The notes under the pieces are model-generated. The model did no database searches and was not told the DNA's origin. It was given only the letters and a program-made list of their open reading frames with translations. The translations under genes and the position numbers were made by a program. This document shows, piece by piece, positions 8,691-18,814 of a stretch of 32,000 nt of DNA (its first letter is position 1; every line of letters begins with the position of its first letter). Source of the stretch: Romboutsia ilealis (lineage in GTDB: Bacteria > Bacillota > Clostridia > Peptostreptococcales > Peptostreptococcaceae); contig NZ_LN555523.1 in NCBI RefSeq assembly GCF_900015215.1, positions 2,336,369 through 2,368,368 on the forward strand. The letters run 5' to 3'.

Positions 8691-8859
8691 AATCTCCCCC
8701 CATTAATAACACTTATTAAGTATAATAATTTTTGTTTTTTTAGTAAAGCAATAACTCTATAATAAAAAATTATTCTATTATATGTTCAACAAATTAATTG
8801 TAAATAAATTCTTTTTTTGATATAATTATATTAAACTTATGATAAGGGGGAATTGTGTA

Positions 8860-9030
8860 ATGGCTTACATGATAAACGATGCTTGTATAAGCTGTGGTGC
8901 TTGCGAAGCTGAATGTCCTGTTGAATGTATATCTGCAGGAGATGACAAATACGTTATAGATGCAAACACTTGTATAGAATGTGGTTCTTGTGCAGGAGTT
9001 TGTCCTGTTGACGCTCCTCAACCAGAATAA
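8860..9030 (+). CDS. Clostridial-type 2x[4Fe-4S] ferredoxin
   Basis: MAYMINDACISCGACEAECPVECI...CIECGSCAGVCPVDAP contains two CxxCxxCxxxCP motifs. The start is ATG 8860 after RBS AAGGGGGAA; the track start of 8839 is unlikely. Confidence 0.9.
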   Translation: MAYMINDACISCGACEAECPVECISAGDDKYVIDANTCIECGSCAGVCPVDAPQPE

Positions 9031-9035
9031 TAAAT

Positions 9036-9081
9036 AAAAAAGCTATCTTAATGTAGAAATCTACATGAAGATAGCTTTTTA
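9036..9081. terminator. Bidirectional terminator between the ferredoxin gene and rex
   Basis: An 18-bp stem with one mismatch (9040-9057 with 9060-9077) is flanked by an A-run and a T-run. It sits between convergent stop codons. Confidence 0.8.
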
Positions 9082-9082
9082 T

Positions 9083-9712
9083 TTATTCATTTTCTTTCAT
9101 TAAGTATGATAATGTAAATAAACTTTCTGTTAAGTTTACATTTTCTACTATAACACCTTTAGGAACTTCTAAATCTACAGGTGCAAAATTCCAAATTCCT
9201 TTTATCCCTGCGTTTATTAATCTATCAACAACATCTTGTGCTCCATTTTTAGGTATACATAATATAGCTATATCAATATTATTCTCTTTCACAAAAGATT
9301 CTAAGTTTTCTGAGTCTAATACTTCAAAATCCCTTATTTTTAATCCGATCATTCTAGGGTTAGCATCAAATAATGCTTTAATTTCAAATCCCGCTTTTCT
9401 AAATCCAGCATAGTTAGCTATTGCTTGACCAAGATTTCCAGCTCCTACAAGTACTGCATTATATATTTTATTAAGCCCTAATATATTTCCAATCTCATTG
9501 TGTAGAGCTTCTACATTATATCCATATCCTTGTTGCCCAAACCCTCCAAAATTATTTAAATCTTGTCTGATTTGAGATGCTGTAAATCCTATTATATCAC
9601 TTAATTCTTTAGAAGATATTCTATGAACCTCTTTATCTAATAAATCTCCTAAGTATCTATGATATTTAGGTAATCTTCTTATTACTGCCATAGATATATT
9701 TTTCTCTGCCAT
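9083..9712 (-). CDS. rex: Redox-sensing transcriptional repressor Rex
   Basis: The N-terminus is the Rex wHTH (RRLPKYHRYL). A Rossmann NADH-binding motif (LVGAGNLG) follows. RBS AGGAGGTGAG precedes the start. Confidence 0.92.
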   Translation of the reverse strand: MAEKNISMAVIRRLPKYHRYLGDLLDKEVHRISSKELSDIIGFTASQIRQDLNNFGGFGQQGYGYNVEALHNEIGNILGLNKIYNAVLVGAGNLGQAIANYAGFRKAGFEIKALFDANPRMIGLKIRDFEVLDSENLESFVKENNIDIAILCIPKNGAQDVVDRLINAGIKGIWNFAPVDLEVPKGVIVENVNLTESLFTLSYLMKENE

Positions 9713-9836
9713 ATTCTCACCTCCTAATGGTTAATTTTTACTATTTCTTTATGTTTCCCAAAACAAAAAATATATATCCTTGATTATATTATACCAAAAC
9801 ATTATAATTTTAGGTAGTTTAAGGAGGTAGAAATTT

Positions 9837-11750
9837 ATGATTGTTTTGTCATGTAATAACTTAAATAAAAGTTTTGGAATAGATTCTATACTAGAAAACG
9901 TAAATTTCACAGTGAATGAGTACGATAAAATCGGTATAATTGGAGTTAATGGTACGGGAAAAACTACTCTATTTAAAATAATTTCTGGAATATATGGTTA
10001 TGATAGTGGAGATATATATACTTCTAAAGATTGTGAAATTGGATATTTAGAGCAAAATACAAATTTCCATTCTGAAAATACAATCTTTGAAGAAGTTCTT
10101 GAAGTTTTTAAAGATGTAATAGAGATGGAGAAATATTTAAGAAATTTAGAGCACAAAATTTCTGAAGAAAGTTCTAATGCAAACTCTACTACTCTAGAAA
10201 AACTTATGAATGAATATTCTAATAAGTTAGAAGCATTTTCTGATATGAATGGATACGGATATAAATCAGAAGCAAAAGGCGTCTTAAAAGGATTAGGTTT
10301 TAGTGATGAAGATATGGATAAACCTATTAGCATTCTTTCTGGAGGAGAGAAAACTAGAGTTTTATTAGGTAAACTTCTTTTAAAGAAACCTACTTTACTT
10401 TTATTAGATGAACCTACTAACCACCTTGATTCGGAAGCTATAGAGTGGTTAGAGGTTTTCTTAAAGCAATATAAAGGTACTGTAATTTTAATTTCACATG
10501 ATAGATATTTCTTAGATCAAGTTGTAAATAGAATTTTCGAAATTCATAATAAAAAATTAAAAACTTACAATGGTAATTATTCTGATTTTATTGAAGCTTC
10601 GGCTATAGAAAAAGAGTTAGAATTAAAGAAATTTGAAGACCAACAAAAGGATATAAAGAAACAAGAAGAATCAATAGAAAGACTTAAAGCTTTTGGTCGA
10701 GAAAAGCATTTAAAAAGAGCTCGAAGTAAAGAAAAAGCTTTAGCAAAAGTTGATGTATTAGATAAACCTGAAGCTTATAGAAAAAAAGCTAGAATCGAAT
10801 TTAACCCTTCTGTTACTAGTGGAAATGATGTTTTACAATTAAGAAATGTATCTATGGGGTATGGAGAAAGAATTTTATTTAAAGATCTTAATTTAGATAT
10901 ATACCGAGGAGAAAAAGTTGCCCTTATAGGTGCTAATGGTATTGGAAAATCAACTTTATTTAAAATAATTATGAATGAGATTGTTCCTTTATCTGGGGAT
11001 ATAAAATTTGGAACTAATGTTAACGTATCTTATTTTCACCAAGAACAAAAAACGCTTAATCTAGATAATACTATCATTGATGAAATTTGGGAAGATAACA
11101 AACAATTAACACAAACTACTTTAAGAAGTATGTTAGGTGCATTTTTATTTGAAGGTGAAGATGTCTTTAAAAAAATATCAACTTTAAGTGGTGGTGAAAG
11201 AGCTAGAGTAGCTATACTTAAACTTATATTATCTAACGCAAACTTATTATTGCTAGACGAGCCTACAAATCACTTGGATATAGATTCTAAGGAAGTTCTT
11301 GAAGAAGCACTATCTGGCTATACAGGAACTATATTTACAATCTCTCATGATAGATATTTCTTAAATACCGTCGTAGATAAAGTATTAGTTTTAGATGAAA
11401 ATGGAATTACTGAGTATCTTGGAAATTATGATTACTATATAGAAAAGAAAAAACAAATTCAAGAAATGAATACTATCGAAGTAATAGAAGAAAAAACAAA
11501 AACTCAACTTAAAGAAGAAAAAAGAAAAGAAAGAGAACAAAGAGAAGCCGAGAAAAAAAATAGGGTCAAACGTCAAAATATAGAAAAAGAAATAGAAGAA
11601 ACTGAAGCTAAGATAGAAGAAATGGATGTACTTTTATGTCAAGAAGAAGTTTACTCTAATCCAGAAAAATCTAAAGATGTTAGTCAGCAAAAAGCTAGTT
11701 TAGAAGAAAAACTATCAGCACTTTATGAAGAATGGGAATCTCTGATGTAG
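9837..11750 (+). CDS. ABC-F family ATPase (two ABC domains, no TM domain, Lys/Glu-rich C-terminal coiled coil); YdiF-like by context
   Basis: It has two Walker A motifs (GVNGTGKTT, GANGIGKST), two LSGGE signatures, an interdomain linker and a charged C-terminal tail. It neighbours rex and the tsa genes, as B. subtilis ydiF does. Confidence 0.9.
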   Translation: MIVLSCNNLNKSFGIDSILENVNFTVNEYDKIGIIGVNGTGKTTLFKIISGIYGYDSGDIYTSKDCEIGYLEQNTNFHSENTIFEEVLEVFKDVIEMEKYLRNLEHKISEESSNANSTTLEKLMNEYSNKLEAFSDMNGYGYKSEAKGVLKGLGFSDEDMDKPISILSGGEKTRVLLGKLLLKKPTLLLLDEPTNHLDSEAIEWLEVFLKQYKGTVILISHDRYFLDQVVNRIFEIHNKKLKTYNGNYSDFIEASAIEKELELKKFEDQQKDIKKQEESIERLKAFGREKHLKRARSKEKALAKVDVLDKPEAYRKKARIEFNPSVTSGNDVLQLRNVSMGYGERILFKDLNLDIYRGEKVALIGANGIGKSTLFKIIMNEIVPLSGDIKFGTNVNVSYFHQEQKTLNLDNTIIDEIWEDNKQLTQTTLRSMLGAFLFEGEDVFKKISTLSGGERARVAILKLILSNANLLLLDEPTNHLDIDSKEVLEEALSGYTGTIFTISHDRYFLNTVVDKVLVLDENGITEYLGNYDYYIEKKKQIQEMNTIEVIEEKTKTQLKEEKRKEREQREAEKKNRVKRQNIEKEIEETEAKIEEMDVLLCQEEVYSNPEKSKDVSQQKASLEEKLSALYEEWESLM

Positions 11751-11755
11751 TATAA

Positions 11756-11800
11756 AAGAATCTTGAAATAATAGTATAAAATTATTCCAAGATTCTTTTT
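11756..11800 (+). terminator. Intrinsic terminator of the ABC-F gene
   Basis: AAGAATCTTG pairs with CAAGATTCTT and is followed by a T-run. It begins 6 nt after the stop codon. Confidence 0.75.
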
Positions 11801-11885
11801 ATTATTACAATCTTTATATAGTTACACAATAGCATTATTATGTTATTATTTATATCATAAAAATTTTATACAAAGAGGTGAACAA

Positions 11886-13262
11886 ATGGAGTGTTTATTT
11901 TCATTAAATGATAATAATAAAAGATTTTATAAATTACTTATTTCCTTATGTATCCCCATAATAATACAACAACTTATATCTACATCTGTAAATATAATAG
12001 ATACTGTTATGATAAGTAGTTTAGGTGAAGTATCTGTAGCTTCAATAGGTGTTGCAAATCAATATTTCTTTTTATTTAATATGGCATTATCAGGAATAGT
12101 TGGTGGTGCAGGAGTATTTATATCTCAATTTTATGGGAAAAATGATATATATAATATAAAAAAGACTACTAGCTTCACTGTTTTATTATCAGTTGGACTT
12201 AGTGTTATATTTGTATTTCTAGCAACAATATTCCCAACTAATATTATAAATATTTTCTCTAAAGACTCTGAAGTTGTTAGGTTATGCAAAGAATATTTTA
12301 GTATAATAGTATTTTGCTATCCAATTATAGCAATTAGTACTGTATTTAGTATGGGCTCTAGAAGTGTCAGAAATCCAAAACTTGGTATGATATGTAGTTC
12401 TATAGCTTTAATAGTTAATATTGGATTAAACTATTGTTTAATCTTTGGTAACCTTGGATTTCCTACTTTAGGGGTCAAAGGTGCAGCATTAGCTACTGTA
12501 ATAGCTAGAATTGTTGAATTTACTTTAATAGTTAGCTATGTATATTTTATAAAAAAGGATTATGTATTAAAGTTTACTTTCAAGGATTTTAAACTTATAG
12601 ACAAAAATTTTATGAATACTTTTATATCTAAAAGTTTGCCTGTATTTATAAATGATACTACATGGGCAATTGGAACAATTTTATATTCTGTGGCTTATTC
12701 AAAGGCTGGTACTTCTGCAATAGCTGCTAGTCAAATAGCTACAAGCACAGGTAATTTCTTTATTATAACTTCTGTATGTATCGGTATTGGTGCATCTATT
12801 ATGTTAGGTAATGAACTAGGTGCTGATAGAATAGATACTGCCCTAACTTATGCTAAAAAGTTCTCTCGATTAGTAGTTATAGTAGGACTACTTTGCGGTG
12901 GTTTGTTAATATTAAATATCCCACTTTTATTAAAAATGTTTAGTGTCTCAAGTGATTTAGCTCCTGATATGACAAAGATATTCTTTATAATGGGTGTAAT
13001 GTTAGCTTTAAGAGCATTTAATACTCTTATTGTAATAGGTATATTAAGAAGCGGTGGGGATACAAAGTATTCTTTATACCTAGAATTAGGATGTATGTGG
13101 TTTGTTTCTATACCTCTTACTTTTTTAGCAGCTTTCAAAGGTGCTCCTATATATATTTTAGTACTTCTTAGCTATTCTGAAGAGATAGTTAAATTTATAT
13201 TCGGTGTACCAAGAGCGTTATCTAAAAAATGGGCTAATAATATTGTTAAAGAAATGAATTAA
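11886..13262 (+). CDS. MATE-family efflux transporter
   Basis: The 458-aa polytopic protein has about 12 TM segments and MATE-type repeats. RBS AAGAGGTG precedes the start. Confidence 0.85.
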   Translation: MECLFSLNDNNKRFYKLLISLCIPIIIQQLISTSVNIIDTVMISSLGEVSVASIGVANQYFFLFNMALSGIVGGAGVFISQFYGKNDIYNIKKTTSFTVLLSVGLSVIFVFLATIFPTNIINIFSKDSEVVRLCKEYFSIIVFCYPIIAISTVFSMGSRSVRNPKLGMICSSIALIVNIGLNYCLIFGNLGFPTLGVKGAALATVIARIVEFTLIVSYVYFIKKDYVLKFTFKDFKLIDKNFMNTFISKSLPVFINDTTWAIGTILYSVAYSKAGTSAIAASQIATSTGNFFIITSVCIGIGASIMLGNELGADRIDTALTYAKKFSRLVVIVGLLCGGLLILNIPLLLKMFSVSSDLAPDMTKIFFIMGVMLALRAFNTLIVIGILRSGGDTKYSLYLELGCMWFVSIPLTFLAAFKGAPIYILVLLSYSEEIVKFIFGVPRALSKKWANNIVKEMN

Positions 13263-13265
13263 AAT

Positions 13266-13300
13266 AAAGCCTATATCTTAAGTTTAAGATATAGGCTTTT
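13266..13300. terminator. Hairpin terminator between the MATE gene and tsaD
   Basis: AAAGCCTATATCTTA pairs with TAAGATATAGGCTTT around a short loop, followed by TTTT. It sits between convergent stop codons. Confidence 0.75.
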
Positions 13301-13350
13301 AAAATACTTCTAATATATTGATTTTGTCTTAATATTATCTCAACTTTATC

Positions 13351-14367
13351 TTACTTCTGCCCTATTCTTAAATTTGGAACAGCATTTAAACTCATATCAT
13401 CTCTTCTTCCATTAATGTAACTATAATATCCTGCACAACCTATCATTGCTGCATTATCTGTGCATAAAACTGGAGATGGATATTTTATATCTATATTATT
13501 TTGTTTACCTAATTCAGTAAGTTTATCTCTAAGCGCTGAGTTACATGCAACTCCTCCAGCAAGCGTTATAGTATTATATCCCTTTTCCTTAGCTGCTTTT
13601 ATAGCTTTTTTGGATAATACTTCAACAACAGCCTCTTGGAAAGATGCACAAACATCTTCAACAACTATTTCTTCATTTTTCATTTTCTTAGCATTTAAGT
13701 AATTTAAAACTGCTGATTTTAATCCACTAAAACTAAAATCATATCCTTCATCTAAATACGCTCTTGGAAAGTCTATCGCATTTTTATTACCTTCCTTAGC
13801 TAATCTATCTACTATAGGCCCACCTGGATATCCTAATCCCATAGATCTAGCTATCTTATCAAATGCTTCTCCAGATGCATCATCTCTTGTTCTACCTAAT
13901 ATTTCATACTCTCCATAATCTTTTACTTCTACTAAGTGCGTGTGACCTCCAGATACTATTAATGTTATAAATGGTGGTTTTAAATCTTTGTGTTCTATAT
14001 AGTTTGCACTTACATGACCTTCTATATGATTAACTCCAACTAAAGGTTTATTTAAAGTAAATGCAAGTGCTTTTGCATGTGATAATCCAACTAATAATGC
14101 ACCAACTAATCCCGGTCCATAAGTTACTGCAATATGATCTACGTCATTTAATGTGATATTAGCTTTATCTAAAGCTTCTTGTAATACAACATCTATATTT
14201 TCTATGTGTTTTCTTGATGCAACTTCTGGTACTACTCCTCCAAATTTTTTATGTAAATCGACTTGAGTATTTATTATATTTGATAAAACTTCTCTTCCAT
14301 TTTTTAAAATTGCAACAGATGTTTCGTCGCAACTACTCTCTACAGCTAATGTTATTATATCTTTCAT
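13351..14367 (-). CDS. tsaD: tRNA N6-adenosine threonylcarbamoyltransferase TsaD (Gcp/Kae1)
   Basis: The 338-aa protein carries ESSCDETS and HIEGH motifs. It is last in the tsaE-tsaB-rimI-tsaD operon. Confidence 0.95.
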   Translation of the reverse strand: MKDIITLAVESSCDETSVAILKNGREVLSNIINTQVDLHKKFGGVVPEVASRKHIENIDVVLQEALDKANITLNDVDHIAVTYGPGLVGALLVGLSHAKALAFTLNKPLVGVNHIEGHVSANYIEHKDLKPPFITLIVSGGHTHLVEVKDYGEYEILGRTRDDASGEAFDKIARSMGLGYPGGPIVDRLAKEGNKNAIDFPRAYLDEGYDFSFSGLKSAVLNYLNAKKMKNEEIVVEDVCASFQEAVVEVLSKKAIKAAKEKGYNTITLAGGVACNSALRDKLTELGKQNNIDIKYPSPVLCTDNAAMIGCAGYYSYINGRRDDMSLNAVPNLRIGQK

Positions 14368-14369
14368 AT

Positions 14370-14828
14370 TTACACCACCTTTATATCATTCCACATTATC
14401 ATGGCATCCTCTTTATTGTCGCTATAATATTCTTTTCTTATTCCAGCCAGCTTAAATCCATATTTTTTATAAAGATTTTGTGCTACTATATTAGAAACTC
14501 TAACTTCTAATGTCATTGATACTATATTATTTTCTCTGCAAAGATTAACTAAAGCTTGTACTAATTTATCTCCGATTTTTCTTCCTCTATAATCACTGTG
14601 AACAGCTACATTAGTAATATGACCTTCATCCATTACGAACCATATACCAACATATCCAACAACTTTTCCATCTGTTTTTGCTACTAAGTATCTTGCTACT
14701 TCATTGTTCAGTTCTTTTTTAAACGCATCCTTAGACCAATGATGTTCAAAACAATTTTTTTCAACTTCAAAAACGCCATCAATATCTTTAGATGTCATTT
14801 GCTCTATTACTATATTATTTTCCATCAT
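14370..14828 (-). CDS. rimI: Ribosomal-protein-alanine N-acetyltransferase (GNAT)
   Basis: It has a GNAT fold ([14 protein letters not shown]). It occupies the conserved position between tsaB and tsaD. The second ATG (14825) is an alternative start. Confidence 0.85.
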   Translation of the reverse strand: MMENNIVIEQMTSKDIDGVFEVEKNCFEHHWSKDAFKKELNNEVARYLVAKTDGKVVGYVGIWFVMDEGHITNVAVHSDYRGRKIGDKLVQALVNLCRENNIVSMTLEVRVSNIVAQNLYKKYGFKLAGIRKEYYSDNKEDAMIMWNDIKVV

Positions 14829-15531
14829 TTAACCTCTTCATTTTTTCATCATATTGAACTTCTGCTTGAGATTTTCTTATGTATAATGGATTTATGCTGT
14901 AACAATCATAAACATCTATATTGTTATTATATTTATCTATTGCTATTGAACATAAGCTACTAGCCCTACTTACATTATGAGATGGTGCTGGTATATGTAT
15001 ATTAGATATATCCTTAAGTTTATCTTCATATTTATATACAGCTTCTCCAACTATAATCCATTCTTCATTAGTATTTTTTAATTCTTCTATAAGTTCATCT
15101 ATTTCAACTACATCTACACCTTTTAACTCAACTAACTTATTATTTTCAAATTTATATTGACCCATATAAACTTGAGTTCTTTGCGCATCTAATATAGAAC
15201 ATACCTTTTTATCACATAAGTTCATATTTCCTGATAATAACTCTACTGAGTTTACTCCTACTATAGGTAGATTGTTTACATGTGCTATAGCTTTAGCAGT
15301 AGCCATAGCTATTCTTAATCCTGTAAATGATCCAGGACCTTCACATACTGCTATTAAATCTATTTCATTTATATTTAAATCACTTATATTTAGCATATTC
15401 TCTATCATTGGCATAAGTTTTTGAGAATGAGTTTTTTTAGTGTTTATTGTATATTCACATATTAATTTATTATCTTCTATAACTGCTACACTTGTAGCTA
15501 GTGAAGATGTATCTATACCTAAAACCTTCAT
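14815..15531 (-). CDS. tsaB: tRNA threonylcarbamoyladenosine biosynthesis protein TsaB
   Basis: It is a YeaZ-like ASKHA fold (MKVLGIDTSS...). Its start overlaps the tsaE stop as TAATG. Confidence 0.9.
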   Translation of the reverse strand: MKVLGIDTSSLATSVAVIEDNKLICEYTINTKKTHSQKLMPMIENMLNISDLNINEIDLIAVCEGPGSFTGLRIAMATAKAIAHVNNLPIVGVNSVELLSGNMNLCDKKVCSILDAQRTQVYMGQYKFENNKLVELKGVDVVEIDELIEELKNTNEEWIIVGEAVYKYEDKLKDISNIHIPAPSHNVSRASSLCSIAIDKYNNNIDVYDCYSINPLYIRKSQAEVQYDEKMKRLNDGK

Positions 15532-15983
15532 TATTTTGTCAGCTCCTCAACTATTTTTTCGTATTTTTCTCCAACTGGATTTAATATCATTTCTCTAGAC
15601 ATATCTTTATATTTTAACTCTATGTGTAAATATTCATCTGGAAGTATATCTTCTATTAAGTTTGCCCATTCTATGATGCATACACCTTCACCATTTATAT
15701 ACTCTTCATACCCTATATCATACATTTCATCACTACTACCAATTCTATATACATCGAAATGATATAAAGGCATTTTTCCTTCATATTCATTTACTATTGT
15801 AAATGTAGGGCTCGTTATATAATCATCTACCTCTAGTGCTTTAGCAAGGCTTTGAGTCATTGTAGTCTTTCCTGCACCTAAATCTCCAATTAGGCATATT
15901 ACACTTCCTGGTCTTAGTAAATTTCCTAATTTATATCCGATTTCTTTAGTTTTACTTTCATCTTCTAAATATATTTTAACCAT
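15531..15983 (-). CDS. tsaE: tRNA threonylcarbamoyladenosine biosynthesis ATPase TsaE
   Basis: It has the Walker A motif GDLGAGKTT and the YjeE family pattern. The track ORF starts at TTG 16031. ATG 15983 (MVKIYLEDE...) after GGAG looks more plausible, and ATG 15998 is another alternative. Confidence 0.85.
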   Translation of the reverse strand: MVKIYLEDESKTKEIGYKLGNLLRPGSVICLIGDLGAGKTTMTQSLAKALEVDDYITSPTFTIVNEYEGKMPLYHFDVYRIGSSDEMYDIGYEEYINGEGVCIIEWANLIEDILPDEYLHIELKYKDMSREMILNPVGEKYEKIVEELTK

Positions 15984-16459
15984 TATTTTCATCTCCATTA
16001 AATTACGAGTCTTCTTTAATATAATTATCAACTAGATATTATTATAGTATAACATTTTATTATTATAAAGTACTTCTAGTTTATGTTCATGTTATTGTTA
16101 ACTTTTCGATATAAATTGACTACTATTTAATCAAAAATATAAGTTGAATAAAACCATAAAGATTTTTTAAGATATTGATATATATTTAAAGACCTTTTTT
16201 ATTTTCTCTATATTCCTAAACCCTTTTTAAATAAATTTTTATGCCTATAGTATATATATGGGCTATTTCTTTTTTTAAATTATCTTGAGCTGCGTATCAT
16301 TGAGAAAATTTATTTATTCAATAATATATACTTTCTGCTGTTAATTATATAATTTTAAAAATTTTTATTAAACTATGTATATAATTCCACTTATGTGACC
16401 ATACTTAAGATACAAGGGATATTTACTCCCCCAAATTAAAATATTCCTTATTCCCCCTA

Positions 16460-16490
16460 AAGCACTTACTATCGGAAAGTAAGTGCTTTT
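16460..16490 (+). terminator. Orphan plus-strand terminator-like hairpin in the tsaE-ribU spacer
   Basis: AAGCACTTACT (16460-16470) pairs perfectly with AGTAAGTGCTT (16478-16488) around a 7-nt loop. TTTTAAATTT follows on the plus strand only. No plus-strand gene lies upstream. Confidence 0.35.
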
Positions 16491-16549
16491 AAATTTATAT
16501 TTATAGATTATCCTTAAAAAATTCCATATCATAATTTCCTTGTACGTAA

Positions 16550-16586
16550 AAAAATACCAAGTACTTATAAAAGCACTTGGTATTTC
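16550..16586 (-). terminator. Intrinsic terminator of ribU
   Basis: The stem is TACCAAGT/ACTTGGTA and is followed by TTTTTTT on the minus strand. It lies immediately after the ribU stop codon. Confidence 0.8.
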
Positions 16587-16587
16587 A

Positions 16588-17205
16588 TTACTTAACTCTA
16601 TTTAAAATTTTTTCTGTTTTCTTATACATCGGTAATGTTAATAAAGACATTAACCCAGATTTTAATATATTAAATGGAGCTATCATCCATATTACAAAAC
16701 TCATTTTACTATCTATAACGGGGTTTATAGCTGCTCCCATAGAAACTACTGCATCTATTGACCATCCTATTGTTGCATAGAAAGGTAATATTATAAAATA
16801 GTTTGCTACACATCCTACCACTGTCATTACTACCATTCCACTTACAAGACCTATAATAACTCCTTGTATATTTCTTTTTTTAGAATATATATATGAAACT
16901 GTAAAAACAAATGAACCTCCTATTAAGAAGTTAGCAAATTCTCCAACTCCACCTGTAGTTGACATACCTGTTATAAATTGAAGTAAATTTTTAAGAAATG
17001 CTATAGTAACCCCTGCCATAGGTCCTAATGATATTCCACCTAATAATGCTGTCAAATCTGATATATCTATTTTTAGAAATTCAGGAAATAACATAGGTAA
17101 TGGCACTGATATAAACATAAGTATATATCCAATTGCCGATAATATTGATATTTTTACTAGTGTTGATACTGTTAAAAATTTAGTACTTTTCATAGTTTGT
17201 TGCAT
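16588..17205 (-). CDS. ribU: ECF-transporter S component for riboflavin (RibU/YpaA family)
   Basis: The 205-aa protein has about 6 TM segments and RibU-like sequence (PEFLKIDISDLTALLGG). An FMN riboswitch lies directly upstream. RBS AGGAGGAG precedes the start. Confidence 0.88.
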   Translation of the reverse strand: MQQTMKSTKFLTVSTLVKISILSAIGYILMFISVPLPMLFPEFLKIDISDLTALLGGISLGPMAGVTIAFLKNLLQFITGMSTTGGVGEFANFLIGGSFVFTVSYIYSKKRNIQGVIIGLVSGMVVMTVVGCVANYFIILPFYATIGWSIDAVVSMGAAINPVIDSKMSFVIWMIAPFNILKSGLMSLLTLPMYKKTEKILNRVK

Positions 17206-17239
17206 TTTCGCACTCCTCCTAATTTTAATTTATTAGGGA

Positions 17240-17462
17240 AAAATAAAAGCTCGAAGAGATCTATCTTCGAGCTTATTTTTTGAGCACAAGTTATATAATA
17301 TACATAAAATGTATAGAAATATTCATTACAAAAAATTCACTATTCTTCTCTCATCCAGACTATACTGTCGGCTTTGGAATTTCACCAAATCATGCTACAT
17401 AAGTAGCTCGCGGGCTATACCGCCGGTAGGGAATTACACCCTGCCCCGAAGATCTTTCTCGC
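17240..17462 (-). promoter_or_regulatory. FMN riboswitch (RFN element) with terminator expression platform
   Basis: The minus strand reads CUUCGGGGCAGGGUGUAAUUCCCUACCGGCGGUAUAGCCCGCGAGC...GGUGAAAUUCCAAAGCCGACAGUAUAGUCUGGAUGAGAGAAG, the conserved RFN core (aptamer about 17343-17455). A terminator follows: AAGCTCGAAGA/TCTTCGAGCTT (17247-17274) plus a T-run. Confidence 0.93.
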
Positions 17463-17636
17463 TATTTAATTTTCCTTATATTTATATAGTAATAAAGTAA
17501 TCGAAAATTTTCAATAAAAATTTTGCTTAACTTGAAATATTTGTTGGTAAATCACTTCATATAATCAAAATATATTCATAATCTCACTTTAATAAAATTT
17601 TAATAAAGTATCTCGTAACATTTATAATCTAAAAAA

Positions 17637-18794
17637 CTATTTTTCGTATACAATTTTTCCATCTATTATAGTAAGTAATACGTTACTTTGTAATTCAAAT
17701 GGGTCATTATCCCATATAACTATGTCTGCATCTTTACCAATTTCTATCGACCCAACTCTTTCATCTATACCTAAGGTTTTAGCTGGATTTATAGTTATTG
17801 CTTCTAATGCTTTCTCTTTTTTCATTCCATGCTTTACAGCTATCCCTGCGCATACAGGTAAATATTGTACCGGTATTACTGGGTGATCTGTCATTAAAGA
17901 CACTTGTAATCCTTCATTTGAAAGTATACCTGGAGTATCGAAAGTTAAATTTCTTAACTCTATTTTAGATCTTTCTGATAAAGATGGTCCAACAATTACC
18001 GGATATCCTTCTTCTGCAAGTTCATCAGCTATTAAATGCCCTTCTGTACAGTGATCTAATGTAAGCTTTATATCAAATTCTTTTGCTATTCTTATAGCTG
18101 TAAAAATATCATCAGCTCTATGTGCATGAACTTTAAAAGGTATCTCTCCTCTTAAAACAGGTAATAAACATTCCATTTTCATATCATATTCTGGTTTGTC
18201 ATGATCTTCATGTTCCATGTATAACTCAATTTGCTCTAGATACTCTTCAGCTTTCTTTAAATGCTCTCTTAAAAGGGCTGCTATTGCCATTCTCGTTTGT
18301 GGCATTTTTTCATCTCTACCATAACAAGATTTCGGATTTTCTCCAAAAGCTATTTTTGATGCAACAGGATTTTTTATAATCATTTTATCTATTCTTTTTC
18401 CATATGTTTTTATAGCTATACATTCTCCACCCATTACATTTGCACTTCCAGGTGTAGTACATACTGACGTAATTCCGCCTTCTCTAGCCTCTTTGAATGT
18501 ATTATCCATAGGATTTATACCATCTATAGGATTAAGGTGCGGAGTTATAGGATCTGTTTCTTCATTTCCATCAGCACCTTCAAATCCCATACCATCTTCC
18601 CATAATCCTAAATGAGTATGTGCATCTATAAATCCAGGAAAAACTAAATTTCCCTCTGCATCTATTACTTTAGCATCTTGAGGTATTTCTAAATTTTCCC
18701 CTATTGCTTTTATTTTTTTATCTTCTATTAAAATATCACCTTTTATTATTCCATTGGTAATTGTATTAATTGTTCCATTTTTTATAAATATCAT
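17637..18794 (-). CDS. Metal-dependent amidohydrolase-family protein
   Basis: The 385-aa protein has the amidohydrolase signature PGFIDAHTHLG and downstream His/Asp ligands. RBS AAGGAGA precedes the start. Substrate specificity cannot be told from the sequence. Confidence 0.8.
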   Translation of the reverse strand: MIFIKNGTINTITNGIIKGDILIEDKKIKAIGENLEIPQDAKVIDAEGNLVFPGFIDAHTHLGLWEDGMGFEGADGNEETDPITPHLNPIDGINPMDNTFKEAREGGITSVCTTPGSANVMGGECIAIKTYGKRIDKMIIKNPVASKIAFGENPKSCYGRDEKMPQTRMAIAALLREHLKKAEEYLEQIELYMEHEDHDKPEYDMKMECLLPVLRGEIPFKVHAHRADDIFTAIRIAKEFDIKLTLDHCTEGHLIADELAEEGYPVIVGPSLSERSKIELRNLTFDTPGILSNEGLQVSLMTDHPVIPVQYLPVCAGIAVKHGMKKEKALEAITINPAKTLGIDERVGSIEIGKDADIVIWDNDPFELQSNVLLTIIDGKIVYEK

Positions 18795-18814
18795 CTTAAT
18801 CTCCTTTGCTTTAA

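Noticed and set aside
8780-8810. A possible Rex operator upstream of the ferredoxin gene (near-palindrome ACAAATTAATTGT).
   Set aside because: The arm orientation and spacing do not match the Rex consensus (TTGTGAA/TTGTTAA-N-TTAACAA type). The palindrome is AT-only with one mismatch, so it is likely chance.
16368-16532. A 54-aa minus-strand ORF (MIWNFLRIIYKYKF...) just downstream of the ribU terminator, with a weak AAGGAA RBS.
   Set aside because: Its Tyr/Ile/Lys-rich composition is what random AT-rich DNA translates to. It reads straight through an 11-bp hairpin and has no recognisable domain or TM segment.
17309-17500. A 63-aa plus-strand ORF.
   Set aside because: It lies entirely antisense to the FMN riboswitch aptamer, so it is an artefact of the GC-rich RNA element.
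17501-17514. A CodY-like motif, TCGAAAATTTTCAA, upstream of the FMN riboswitch.
   Set aside because: The palindrome GAAAATTTTC is the inside-out arrangement relative to the CodY consensus AATTTTCWGAAAATT. It more likely just overlaps a TTGAAA -35 element.
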